Below, in pieces: positions 16,980-24,312 of a DNA stretch of 50,100 nt; the stretch's first letter is position 1, and each line of letters begins with the position of its first letter. The stretch is from Alistipes sp. UBA928 (lineage in GTDB: Bacteria > Bacteroidota > Bacteroidia > Bacteroidales > Rikenellaceae). The DNA lies in NCBI GenBank assembly GCA_002293665.1, contig DBDQ01000012.1:1-50100 (forward strand), read 5' to 3'. The translations under genes and the position numbers were made by a program. A model generated the notes under the pieces. That model worked only from the letters and a program-made list of their open reading frames with translations, was not told the origin of the DNA and did no database searches.

Positions 16980-17660
16980 CTATTCCGGCTGATACTCAGA
17001 AAATGTCTTGTCCTTATAGAACACCACTATGCGCTCGATCGAGGCCGACTTTGTGAATCCACCCGATTGATACATCGCCTGTTGCATGACCGGTTGCAAA
17101 GGCTGTTGTTGCGCCTGCGGGGAGTGTTGCTGCATTTGCGGAGGGTGCTGTGCGTTTTGCAGCCCCGTGTGCGTTCCCGAATGATCGGCATAACCGCCTG
17201 AGTGACTACCCGATTGTCCGTTCTGATGACCGGGGCCGGGGTCAGGGCCTAAACCAATGCCTGAACCAATACCTGAACCAATACCTAAACCGAAATTGGA
17301 GCCACCTGCATGGCCCGGTCCGGCCGAAGGTATTATATCGGCATTATCGGGCCCGAAAAGCCCTCCCGAGGCCACCGCACTGCCTGAATTTCCTGAGGCA
17401 CCTGCGTTTTTAGTGCCGCTCGAACTTCCGGCAGCCTTGTTTTTGATCTCATCACGATACATCGGCCCCTTGTCGAGTAGGAGCCAGTCGGGATTGATCT
17501 GCGGGAAACGTTGCAGGAGTTTTAGCAGAAAGTCGAAACTCGGTTTGTTTCGTCCGCTCATTATATGCGAAATGCCCGACGCCTGAATTCCAAGTATCTC
17601 GGCGAGACGAGTGGAATTGATTCCCTCGTGTTTCATCAGTTGCCTCAATTTTCCTTCCAT
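16980..17660 (-). CDS. XRE-family helix-turn-helix transcriptional regulator with a long low-complexity linker
   Basis: The 226-aa ORF has an N-terminal HTH (INSTRLAEILGIQASGISHIMSGRNKPSFDFLLKLL), a G/S/Q/P-rich middle section and a short conserved-looking C-terminus (IERIVVFYKDKTFSEYQP). Confidence 0.85.
   Translation of the reverse strand: MEGKLRQLMKHEGINSTRLAEILGIQASGISHIMSGRNKPSFDFLLKLLQRFPQINPDWLLLDKGPMYRDEIKNKAAGSSSGTKNAGASGNSGSAVASGGLFGPDNADIIPSAGPGHAGGSNFGLGIGSGIGSGIGLGPDPGPGHQNGQSGSHSGGYADHSGTHTGLQNAQHPPQMQQHSPQAQQQPLQPVMQQAMYQSGGFTKSASIERIVVFYKDKTFSEYQPE
17247..17294. repeat. in-frame tandem repeat, 4 x 12 nt, inside the HTH regulator gene
   Basis: The units are gcctaaaccaat / gcctgaaccaat / acctgaaccaat / acctaaaccgaa. 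They encode the GLGIGSGIGSGIGLG stretch on the minus strand. Confidence 0.8.
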
Positions 17661-17672
17661 TTTCCCGATTTT

Positions 17673-17726
17673 TTTACAAAGATAAATAATTATTTTTGTA
17701 AATCAAAATTTACATTTACAAATGTA
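17673..17726. promoter_or_regulatory. divergent promoter/operator region with three -7-like boxes and two inverted repeats
   Basis: Three exact TAnnTTTG boxes are present: minus-strand TATCTTTG (17677-17684, 17 nt from the HTH ATG), plus-strand TATTTTTG (17691-17698) and minus-strand TACATTTG (17719-17726). The inverted repeats are TTACAAA-N14-TTTGTAA (17674-17701) and the perfect palindrome TACATTTacAAATGTA (17711-17726). Confidence 0.45.
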
Positions 17727-18076
17727 TCTACCAGGCACGTTCGAAGGGCATTACAAGTGTAACCATACAACCACCTGCCGCTATTGCGCATCATAATTAT
17801 CTGATGCAATTATGAACATAAAGAGGCATAAACAACTGATTATAACCACATTAGTACACTAATATCGATGCAAATACCGCTCTTCCGCCACAGATCCTAA
17901 CGATGCACGCGACATTTACGCTAAATCAAAGCTTTATATAACCGACATAACATACTGATTAACTGCAATTAATCGCAATATGTCATAATCATAAGCTATG
18001 CCTTGTATTTCCTTGCGGACGGCACGATGCAACATTGTGAAGTGATTACAATATGACAATTAATATCTGCCGTCAA

Positions 18077-18172
18077 CGTTACATCCGTCATAATGATCCG
18101 CAAAACCCCTGCGTTACATCCGTAACATCAGCCTCACAAATGTAATTCCTCGTTCTTTTTACGGATGTAACA
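18077..18172. repeat. three copies of the 11-nt motif GTTACATCCGT (two direct, one inverted)
   Basis: Copies are cGTTACATCCGT at 18077-18088, cGTTACATCCGT at 18112-18123 and ACGGATGTAAC at 18161-18171 (reverse complement). The two direct copies fall in different reading frames of every overlapping small ORF. Confidence 0.7.
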
Positions 18173-18652
18173 AGACAACGGACTTGCGAACAATCATTGA
18201 AGATGTTGAAACGCCGTGATTATGTTAAATGAAGCCATGGCCGTCATACACCTCGCTTATTATCAGCGACTTGCGCAGCTAAGGCCCCTGCCCTCACGAA
18301 AAAATCATTTTTTGCAAAAAAAACCGGCAATTACGCCGTTTCACAGATTGCAGTCCACTCCGATTTTGCAAACCCCGACACGATCCGGTGCTACCCTTTC
18401 ACCCTGCATAACCCAAAGCTCGAAGTAAGTAAAACAACGGGCTTAATGTACAAGCATAGGGAATCAGTCCAAAAGACGAACGGTTCGAGAGGCTACAACA
18501 AGCGGCGAGGCCGTACACTTCCGCCGACCCGCACAATCGCGACAGAAGAAAGCCAAGGAACTTAAGCCCGTATGTCGAGGGAATTTTGTAATTTTACTAC
18601 GTTGCAGAACGTAACAAACGAAAATGACAGGTAAGGAGCAGACGCAAAATAG

Positions 18653-18660
18653 TACCTTTG
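18653..18660 (+). promoter_or_regulatory. candidate -7 promoter box (TACCTTTG) for the AT-rich ORF
   Basis: Exact TAnnTTTG match 18 nt upstream of the ATG at 18679. Confidence 0.4.
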
Positions 18661-18678
18661 TAAAAAAATAATCAGATA

Positions 18679-19188
18679 ATGAGAAATGAGAATTTTATAG
18701 ACGCTTTAATAGCGGACTCAAAAAGTGATTTTATTCTTTCTAAAGATGACATCTATAGCAAATTAATTGGAGAATGGGATGTTATCTGGGTTGAAAATGA
18801 AGGTACAAATAATGAAAGAAAAGTAAAAGGCGAATGGCTATTCTCAAGGATACTTGAAGGAATGGCAATTCAAGATATGTTCATTGTACCCTCTCGTACT
18901 GAAAGAAAAATAAATCCACAACCAGACGGAGAATATGGCACGACCATTAGGATATATAATCCGAACACCAATAATTGGGATATTTATTATGGATGTACTG
19001 GTTATGCATTCCGATTGGAGGGGAAAAAGGAAGGAGAATCAATAGTTCACACTGAAATTACAGAAGGAAAAATGAAATGGGTAATCTCGGATATTACCGA
19101 AAACAGTTTTAAATGGGAAAAGCTTATTTGTGATAATACCGGAATATGGAATTTAGAAGGTCTCGTCTATGCAAAACGAAAACAATAA
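18679..19188 (+). CDS. hypothetical cytoplasmic protein, strongly AT-rich orphan gene (tentatively DUF1579-like / small beta-barrel)
   Basis: The 169-aa ORF has normal protein-like composition, no signal peptide and no internal stops, even though the DNA is very AT-rich, where random ORFs are short. The W/G spacing (LIGEWDVIW...GEWLFSRILEGMAIQD...YGTTIRIYNP..NNWDIYY...FKWEK) is reminiscent of DUF1579-type proteins, but that assignment is from memory only. Confidence 0.72.
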   Translation: MRNENFIDALIADSKSDFILSKDDIYSKLIGEWDVIWVENEGTNNERKVKGEWLFSRILEGMAIQDMFIVPSRTERKINPQPDGEYGTTIRIYNPNTNNWDIYYGCTGYAFRLEGKKEGESIVHTEITEGKMKWVISDITENSFKWEKLICDNTGIWNLEGLVYAKRKQ

Positions 19189-19474
19189 AGATACTCTTAT
19201 ATGCCAAAGTTGTAGGATGCCTAATTATGGGGGGAATGGAGGATAAAGCACAAAACCCTGCCCGGAGCAGATGGGATAGGTAAAAATGTTGTTGTAGGAG
19301 TGCAGGTTGTGTCCTATTTGAGGGAGGTATGGTTACGTGATAATAGGAAAACTCTTAACCCTCTACAACAAAAGAACGAAAATCGGTTGATCGGTTCGCA
19401 ATAGAATAAGAGCAAGCAATGTATTGAATTGCAATGCAGTCGGCGGCTTACCTCACCTCAAACTTCAGGTTACA

Positions 19475-19873
19475 TCACATAGCCAATTTTGCAGCAAGCG
19501 AGGCAAACTCATCGGGCGACAGTTTCTCGCGTGGAGCCCGAAAATCGACATCGGCCTCGGAGTCGATCGGCACGAGATGGATGTGAACATGCGGCACTTC
19601 GAGACCCAAAACCACCGTCGCCACGCGCGCACAACCCGTCACCTCACGGATGCGGGCGGCAACACGTTTCGCAAACACCATCATAGCCGACAGAGTCTCA
19701 TCGTCGAGATCGAAAATATAGTCAAGTTCCTCTCCTTCGGCAAATTTAGGCACAACCAAAGTGTGCCCCGCACGAAGCGGATTAATGTCCAGAAACGCGT
19801 AAAACCGATCATCCTCAGCCACCTTGTAGCTCGGGATCGCTCCCTGAATGATTTTCGTAAATATCGTTGCCAT
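19475..19873 (-). CDS. hinT: HIT-family (histidine triad) nucleotide-binding protein
   Basis: The 132-aa ORF has the N-terminus IFTKIIQGAIPSYKV and the histidine triad motif HVHIHLVP. Confidence 0.9.
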   Translation of the reverse strand: MATIFTKIIQGAIPSYKVAEDDRFYAFLDINPLRAGHTLVVPKFAEGEELDYIFDLDDETLSAMMVFAKRVAARIREVTGCARVATVVLGLEVPHVHIHLVPIDSEADVDFRAPREKLSPDEFASLAAKLAM

Positions 19874-19938
19874 AAACAGTTATGAATTTTCGCGTCTCAA
19901 AATGAATATTTTGCGCGTAACCTTACACTGAGTCATAT

Positions 19939-20673
19939 TCAGGCGGAAATAGCCGATCGGCCGAATCCTTCGCCGGCGCCCGAAACATATTTCGGATTGA
20001 GTATCTCAGCCTCGATCACGGCGCGACGAAGGTCGAAATCGCCACCCAAAAGCTCCTGCAACGTGATCGACCTGGTATCGGCCGCCCGGTCTGCCGACAA
20101 ATCCTGAGCGGCAACACCCGCAGCCGCGGCAACACCCGATCCCGCAACACTACCCGGAACCGTAGCTGCCGCCAAAGACGAACGACGGGCCCGTTGATCC
20201 GCAAGTCGCTCGTAAGCAGTCACTTCATCCTCCAGCGTTTCGACGCTGTGCGCCTCATCGTACTCCTCCTCGAGCGAGTAATAGTCCTCGGAAGTGGCGG
20301 CCGATTGCGACGACGTCACGGGCCACGAGATGGTGGGCTTCCGCCCCTCGGCTACCGTGGGCGACGGCTGCTCGTTCAACTGACGCGAGAGCTCCTCTAA
20401 AACACGGCCGAACGCGCCTCCGGCGGCAGGATTGGAGCCCTGGCCCGCCATACCGGCACCTGTGCCCCAACTCGTCCCGGAACTCTGCCCGGCAGGAGTT
20501 TGCCTGGCAACGGTCTGCTGAGTGGTTCTGGTCGTGGCGGTTCTTGATGCGGCGGCCTTGGCAGCGGCTTTGCGCGCCTCTTCTTCGCGTTTCTTTTTGG
20601 CCTTCTTGGCCGACGATGCTATACTGATGCCGATCATAGCGGCCCAAAATATCCAAATCAGAACACCTTCCAT
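19939..20673 (-). CDS. hypothetical N-terminally anchored, low-complexity protein
   Basis: The 244-aa ORF has a single N-terminal TM helix (VLIWIFWAAMIGISIASS), a lysine/alanine-rich stretch, A/S/T/G-rich low complexity and a more ordered C-terminus (ITLQELLGGDFDLRRAVIEAEILNPKY). Confidence 0.6.
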   Translation of the reverse strand: MEGVLIWIFWAAMIGISIASSAKKAKKKREEEARKAAAKAAASRTATTRTTQQTVARQTPAGQSSGTSWGTGAGMAGQGSNPAAGGAFGRVLEELSRQLNEQPSPTVAEGRKPTISWPVTSSQSAATSEDYYSLEEEYDEAHSVETLEDEVTAYERLADQRARRSSLAAATVPGSVAGSGVAAAAGVAAQDLSADRAADTRSITLQELLGGDFDLRRAVIEAEILNPKYVSGAGEGFGRSAISA

Positions 20674-20797
20674 ATCTTATTGTTTTTTTATAATTTACTA
20701 TCTCTCACGCGATGACGTTCGGGCTCCGTTCGGCACCTGCAAAATCCGCCGTGGCCGTTACCACCCGCCGGCGTTCCGGCCCGTTACCATCACCCGT

Positions 20798-23041
20798 CTA
20801 ACTGTTAATTCGCTGGGCTTTGTCGACGCCCTTTATCTTTTTTATCTTTGCTATGACGGCGTTCAGGTCATCGGTGCTGGTGACGTAAAGACTGATCTCG
20901 CCCTCGAATATACCGTCATGGCTCTGAATCTTCAATTCGCGTATATTGATATTAAGTTCACCGGTGATCACTCCCACCAAATCGAGCAGTATCCCCACCC
21001 GGTCGATGCCCTGAAGCGACACGATCGACAGGTACGACATCGCCTTGTGGGATGACCAGCGAATACCTGTAACTATATTTTCGCCGTGCGACGAGGCAAG
21101 GCGCGTAAGCTCACTGCAACTCGTCTTGTGAACTATGATCTTGCCCGACACCGGATCGCGATAGCCGGTCACATCGTCGCCCGGAATGGGAATGCAGCAC
21201 TCGGCGATCTCGAAACGCTGCCCGCCGCCCGACTTGCCTTCCTGCCCGTCGTCCTCCTCCCAGTCTCTGCGGCCTACCACCATTCCGTTGTCGCGTTCAC
21301 TCTTGTTACCCTGAAACAACGTCCAGAATTTCAGATATTTGCTTGCCGAGTTTTGGCGCAGTATATCCTGCAGTCCGTCGAGCGTTATCACTCCCGCGCC
21401 GAGGTTGCGATAAAATTCATCCTTGGTGCTGCTGCCGTAGGCAGGCAGAAGCTTTCTAAAAACTCTCGCACTAGGGGTAATGCCCAATTCCGCCATGCGC
21501 GCCTCGAACAGTTCGCGACCATGCTCGATGCTCTCCTGTCGGTTGCGGCGCAAGTAGTTCTTAATGTAGTTCTTAGCTTTGGAAGTAGCCACATGGTCGA
21601 GCCACTCCACGGTGGGAGCGGCGCTTTTCGAGGTGAGCACTTCGATCTGGTCGCCGCTCTTCAACTGTGTGTAGATCGACTCCATCTTGTGGTTGATCTT
21701 CGCACCTATCGCTTTGAGGCCCAACTTACTGTGTATATCGAACGCAAAATCGAGTACCGTGGCCCCTTTCTGCAGGTGGCGGCTCTCCCCTTTAGGCGTG
21801 AAAACCACGATCTCGCCTATGTAGAGCGAACGCTGGAAATTATCGAGAAAATCGACCGCGCTCTCCGTCGGGCTGCTCAGTGCCTCGCGAATCCGTCCCA
21901 ACCAGTTGTCGAACTTCTCGTCCGTCGTAAGTTCTTCGTCTTCTGTCAGATAGTTGTGTTTCCAATGGGCGGCGACCCCTTGTTCGGCCACCTCGTTCAT
22001 CCTTTCGGAACGTATCTGCACCTCCACCCACAACCCCTCGGGGCCCATCACGGTGGTGTGCAATGCCTCGTAACCGTTTGCCTTGGGGTAAGTTATCCAG
22101 TCGCGCAGCCTGTCAGGCCGCGAGGGATAGATGTCGGTCACAAGTTCGTATATATACCAGCACTGGGTACGCTCCGAGATCACCGGCGAGGGCCGGAATA
22201 TGATCCTCACGGCAAACAGGTCGAATATATCCTCGAATGGCAGCTGTTTGGTCTGCATCTTGCGCCACACCGAGTATACGCTCTTGACGCGCCCCGAAAT
22301 CTCGAAATCGACGCCGTTTTCCTTCAGCCGCGCAATGATCGGCTCATCGAACCGTTCGATAAGCGCGGCGTGGCGCTGTTTTGTCTCTTCGAGTTTGGCT
22401 TCGATCGTATTGTATTCATCGGGAAAGCGATATTTGAGTGACAGGTCTTCGAGTTCGCTCTTGATGGCGTGAAGCCCGAGCCGGTAGGCCAACGGGGCGA
22501 ACAGATATATCGTTTCGGAGGTGATCTTCACCTGTTTTTCGCGCGGCATCGCCCCTAGGGTACGCATGTTGTGGAGACGGTCGGCGATCTTGATCAGTAT
22601 CACGCGAACATCGTCGAGCAGCGTGAGCAACATTTTGCGGAACGATTCGGCCTGTTCGCTCGTGTCGGCGTTGAACACGCCCGAGATTTTGGTCAGTCCG
22701 TCGACCATCGAGGCGATCTTGGGGGTGAACATGCGCGAGACGTCTTCCACGGATATGTCGGCGTCCTCCACCACGTCGTGCAGCAACGACGCCACCACCG
22801 ATTTCGTGCCCAGCCCGATCTCCACGACGCAAATTCTCGCCACAGCTATCGGGTGGGTGATGTAAGGCTCGCCCGATCGTCGCCGCACTCCCTTGTGCGC
22901 CTCAAGGGCCACCTCGAAAGCACGCGAAACGAGCGCCCGGTCGTCATCGTAGCGAAATACTCCCTTCTCCTCGCACGCCGCAATCAGATCGTCGAACCTC
23001 TCGGCAATCAGCCTTTCATCATCTTTCGTGTAGTCCGCCAT
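20798..23041 (-). CDS. relA: bifunctional (p)ppGpp synthetase/hydrolase, RelA/SpoT (Rel) family
   Basis: I trimmed the 810-aa track ORF to the ATG at 23041 (MADYTKDD...), because the longer form overlaps recA. The product has the HD domain (HDVVEDADIS), the synthetase domain (YRSLHTTV-like: YEALHTTVMGPEGLWVEVQIRSERM), and TGS and C-terminal ACT-like regions. Confidence 0.92.
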   Translation of the reverse strand: MADYTKDDERLIAERFDDLIAACEEKGVFRYDDDRALVSRAFEVALEAHKGVRRRSGEPYITHPIAVARICVVEIGLGTKSVVASLLHDVVEDADISVEDVSRMFTPKIASMVDGLTKISGVFNADTSEQAESFRKMLLTLLDDVRVILIKIADRLHNMRTLGAMPREKQVKITSETIYLFAPLAYRLGLHAIKSELEDLSLKYRFPDEYNTIEAKLEETKQRHAALIERFDEPIIARLKENGVDFEISGRVKSVYSVWRKMQTKQLPFEDIFDLFAVRIIFRPSPVISERTQCWYIYELVTDIYPSRPDRLRDWITYPKANGYEALHTTVMGPEGLWVEVQIRSERMNEVAEQGVAAHWKHNYLTEDEELTTDEKFDNWLGRIREALSSPTESAVDFLDNFQRSLYIGEIVVFTPKGESRHLQKGATVLDFAFDIHSKLGLKAIGAKINHKMESIYTQLKSGDQIEVLTSKSAAPTVEWLDHVATSKAKNYIKNYLRRNRQESIEHGRELFEARMAELGITPSARVFRKLLPAYGSSTKDEFYRNLGAGVITLDGLQDILRQNSASKYLKFWTLFQGNKSERDNGMVVGRRDWEEDDGQEGKSGGGQRFEIAECCIPIPGDDVTGYRDPVSGKIIVHKTSCSELTRLASSHGENIVTGIRWSSHKAMSYLSIVSLQGIDRVGILLDLVGVITGELNINIRELKIQSHDGIFEGEISLYVTSTDDLNAVIAKIKKIKGVDKAQRINS

Positions 23042-23055
23042 GCTTTTTTGCCACA

Positions 23056-24105
23056 CTACTCCTCGTCGGTCGTCTTTTTGCCGGCGGGCTTTTTTCCCTG
23101 CTGGTCGGCAGCCTTTATCGCTTCGAGCACCCGTGTTTCGATCTCGGCGGCGAGGGCCATATCGCGCGAGATCAACTCTTTCGTGGCATCCCTGCCCTGT
23201 CCCAACTTTCTGTCGCCGAACGAGTACCACGATCCGCTCTTTTTGACGATGTCGTTGTCGACAGCCAGATCGAGTATCTCGCCCGTGCGCGAAATTCCCT
23301 CGCCGTACATTATGTCAAATTCAGCCCTGCGGAACGGTGGCGCCACTTTGTTCTTCACCACCTTCACTTTGGTGAGGTTGCCCATCACATCGTCGCCGTC
23401 CTTTATGGCGGTCGACTTGCGGATGTCGATCCTCACGCTGGCGTAGAACTTGAGCGCGTTGCCACCGGTCGTGGTTTCGGGATTACCGTAAGCCACGCCG
23501 ATCTTTTCGCGCAACTGGTTGATGAAGATACACACGGTTTTGGTCTTTGCAATGCTCGATGTCAGTTTCCTGAGTGCCTGCGACATAAGCCGCGCCTGAA
23601 GGCCCACTTTAGCCTCGCCCATATCACCCTCGATCTCGGCTTTTGGGGTGAGCGCCGCCACAGAGTCGATCACCACTATGTCGATTGCGCCCGAGCGGAT
23701 CAGGCTGTCGGCTATCTCTAACGCCTGTTCGCCGCTGTCGGGCTGCGAGATGAGCAGGTTTTCTATATCTATACCCAACTTCTGGGCGTAGTAGCTGTCG
23801 AATGCGTGTTCGGCGTCGATGAACGCGGCGATCCCGCCCGCGCGCTGCGCCTCGGCTATGGCGTGCAGAGCGAGGGTCGTCTTACCGCTCGACTCGGGAC
23901 CGTAAATCTCGATCACCCTCCCTTTGGGGTAGCCACCCACTCCGAGGGCAATATCGAGCGTGAGCGATCCCGAAGGGATCACGGCCACCTCTTCGACGAC
24001 GTTTCCGTCCATCTTCATTATCGAACCTTTGCCGAAATCTTTCTCGATTTTCTGCATCACCGCGGCAAGAACTTTCATCTTGTCTGCGTTTACCTGTTGT
24101 GCCAT
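23056..24105 (-). CDS. recA: recombinase RecA
   Basis: The 349-aa ORF has Walker A (GPESSGKTT), FIDAEHAFD and the conserved L1/L2 regions. It lies 14 nt upstream of relA. Confidence 0.97.
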   Translation of the reverse strand: MAQQVNADKMKVLAAVMQKIEKDFGKGSIMKMDGNVVEEVAVIPSGSLTLDIALGVGGYPKGRVIEIYGPESSGKTTLALHAIAEAQRAGGIAAFIDAEHAFDSYYAQKLGIDIENLLISQPDSGEQALEIADSLIRSGAIDIVVIDSVAALTPKAEIEGDMGEAKVGLQARLMSQALRKLTSSIAKTKTVCIFINQLREKIGVAYGNPETTTGGNALKFYASVRIDIRKSTAIKDGDDVMGNLTKVKVVKNKVAPPFRRAEFDIMYGEGISRTGEILDLAVDNDIVKKSGSWYSFGDRKLGQGRDATKELISRDMALAAEIETRVLEAIKAADQQGKKPAGKKTTDEE

Positions 24106-24204
24106 AGCGTAAAATAACGGGTTAAGTGGTTTATTTTGGTTTTTTATCTCGTAAAATTATGCATTTTTTGTGAAATAAAAAAATCCTCCCCCTTTCGCTG
24201 CAGA

Positions 24205-24263
24205 TTTTTTTGTCATCCCGACAGGACCGAATCCGAAATGGCTCTGTCAGGATGACAAAAAAA
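24205..24263. other. 20-bp imperfect inverted repeat (long hairpin) between dnaA and recA
   Basis: tttttttgtcatcccgacag (24205-24224) pairs with ctgtcaggatgacaaaaaaa (24244-24263). There is one mismatch, which becomes a G-U pair in a minus-strand transcript. The loop is 19 nt. Confidence 0.6.
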
Positions 24264-24285
24264 GTCAGGCACCCGCCTGACTTTT
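24257..24285 (-). terminator. intrinsic terminator downstream of dnaA
   Basis: The minus-strand sequence is GTCAGGCgggtGCCTGACttttttt: a 7-bp GC-rich stem (24264-24270 / 24275-24281), a 4-nt loop and a U7 tail. Confidence 0.75.
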
Positions 24286-24312
24286 CCCTTTCTACTTTCC
24301 CCTTTTTTAAAC

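Noticed and set aside
17841-17851. TTATAACCACA in the AT-rich island, considered as a candidate DnaA box and hence the island as a candidate oriC.
   Set aside because: It carries an extra base relative to TTATCCACA and is a single occurrence. Flanking gene orientation is convergent rather than divergent, so the evidence for an origin is insufficient.
18216-18428. 70-aa plus-strand ORF inside the ORF-free part of the AT-rich island.
   Set aside because: It has a GTG start, no promoter box or recognisable motif, and a proline/threonine/glutamine-rich low-information translation. I treated it as fortuitous, though a homology search could revive it.
18437-18571. Perfect 10-bp inverted repeat ACGGGCTTAA / TTAAGCCCGT enclosing about 115 nt of somewhat higher-G+C sequence upstream of the AT-rich ORF, considered as a possible structured RNA.
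   Set aside because: By my rough estimate, several 10-bp inverted repeats within 150 nt are expected by chance in 50 kb. I could not fold the interior into a convincing structure or match it to a known RNA family.
19289-19371. 9-bp inverted repeat TTGTTGTAG / CTACAACAA downstream of the AT-rich ORF, considered as a possible terminator or att-like remnant.
   Set aside because: The stem is short with a 65-nt loop, there is no T-run, and no matching direct repeat lies at the other end of the island. This is within chance expectation.
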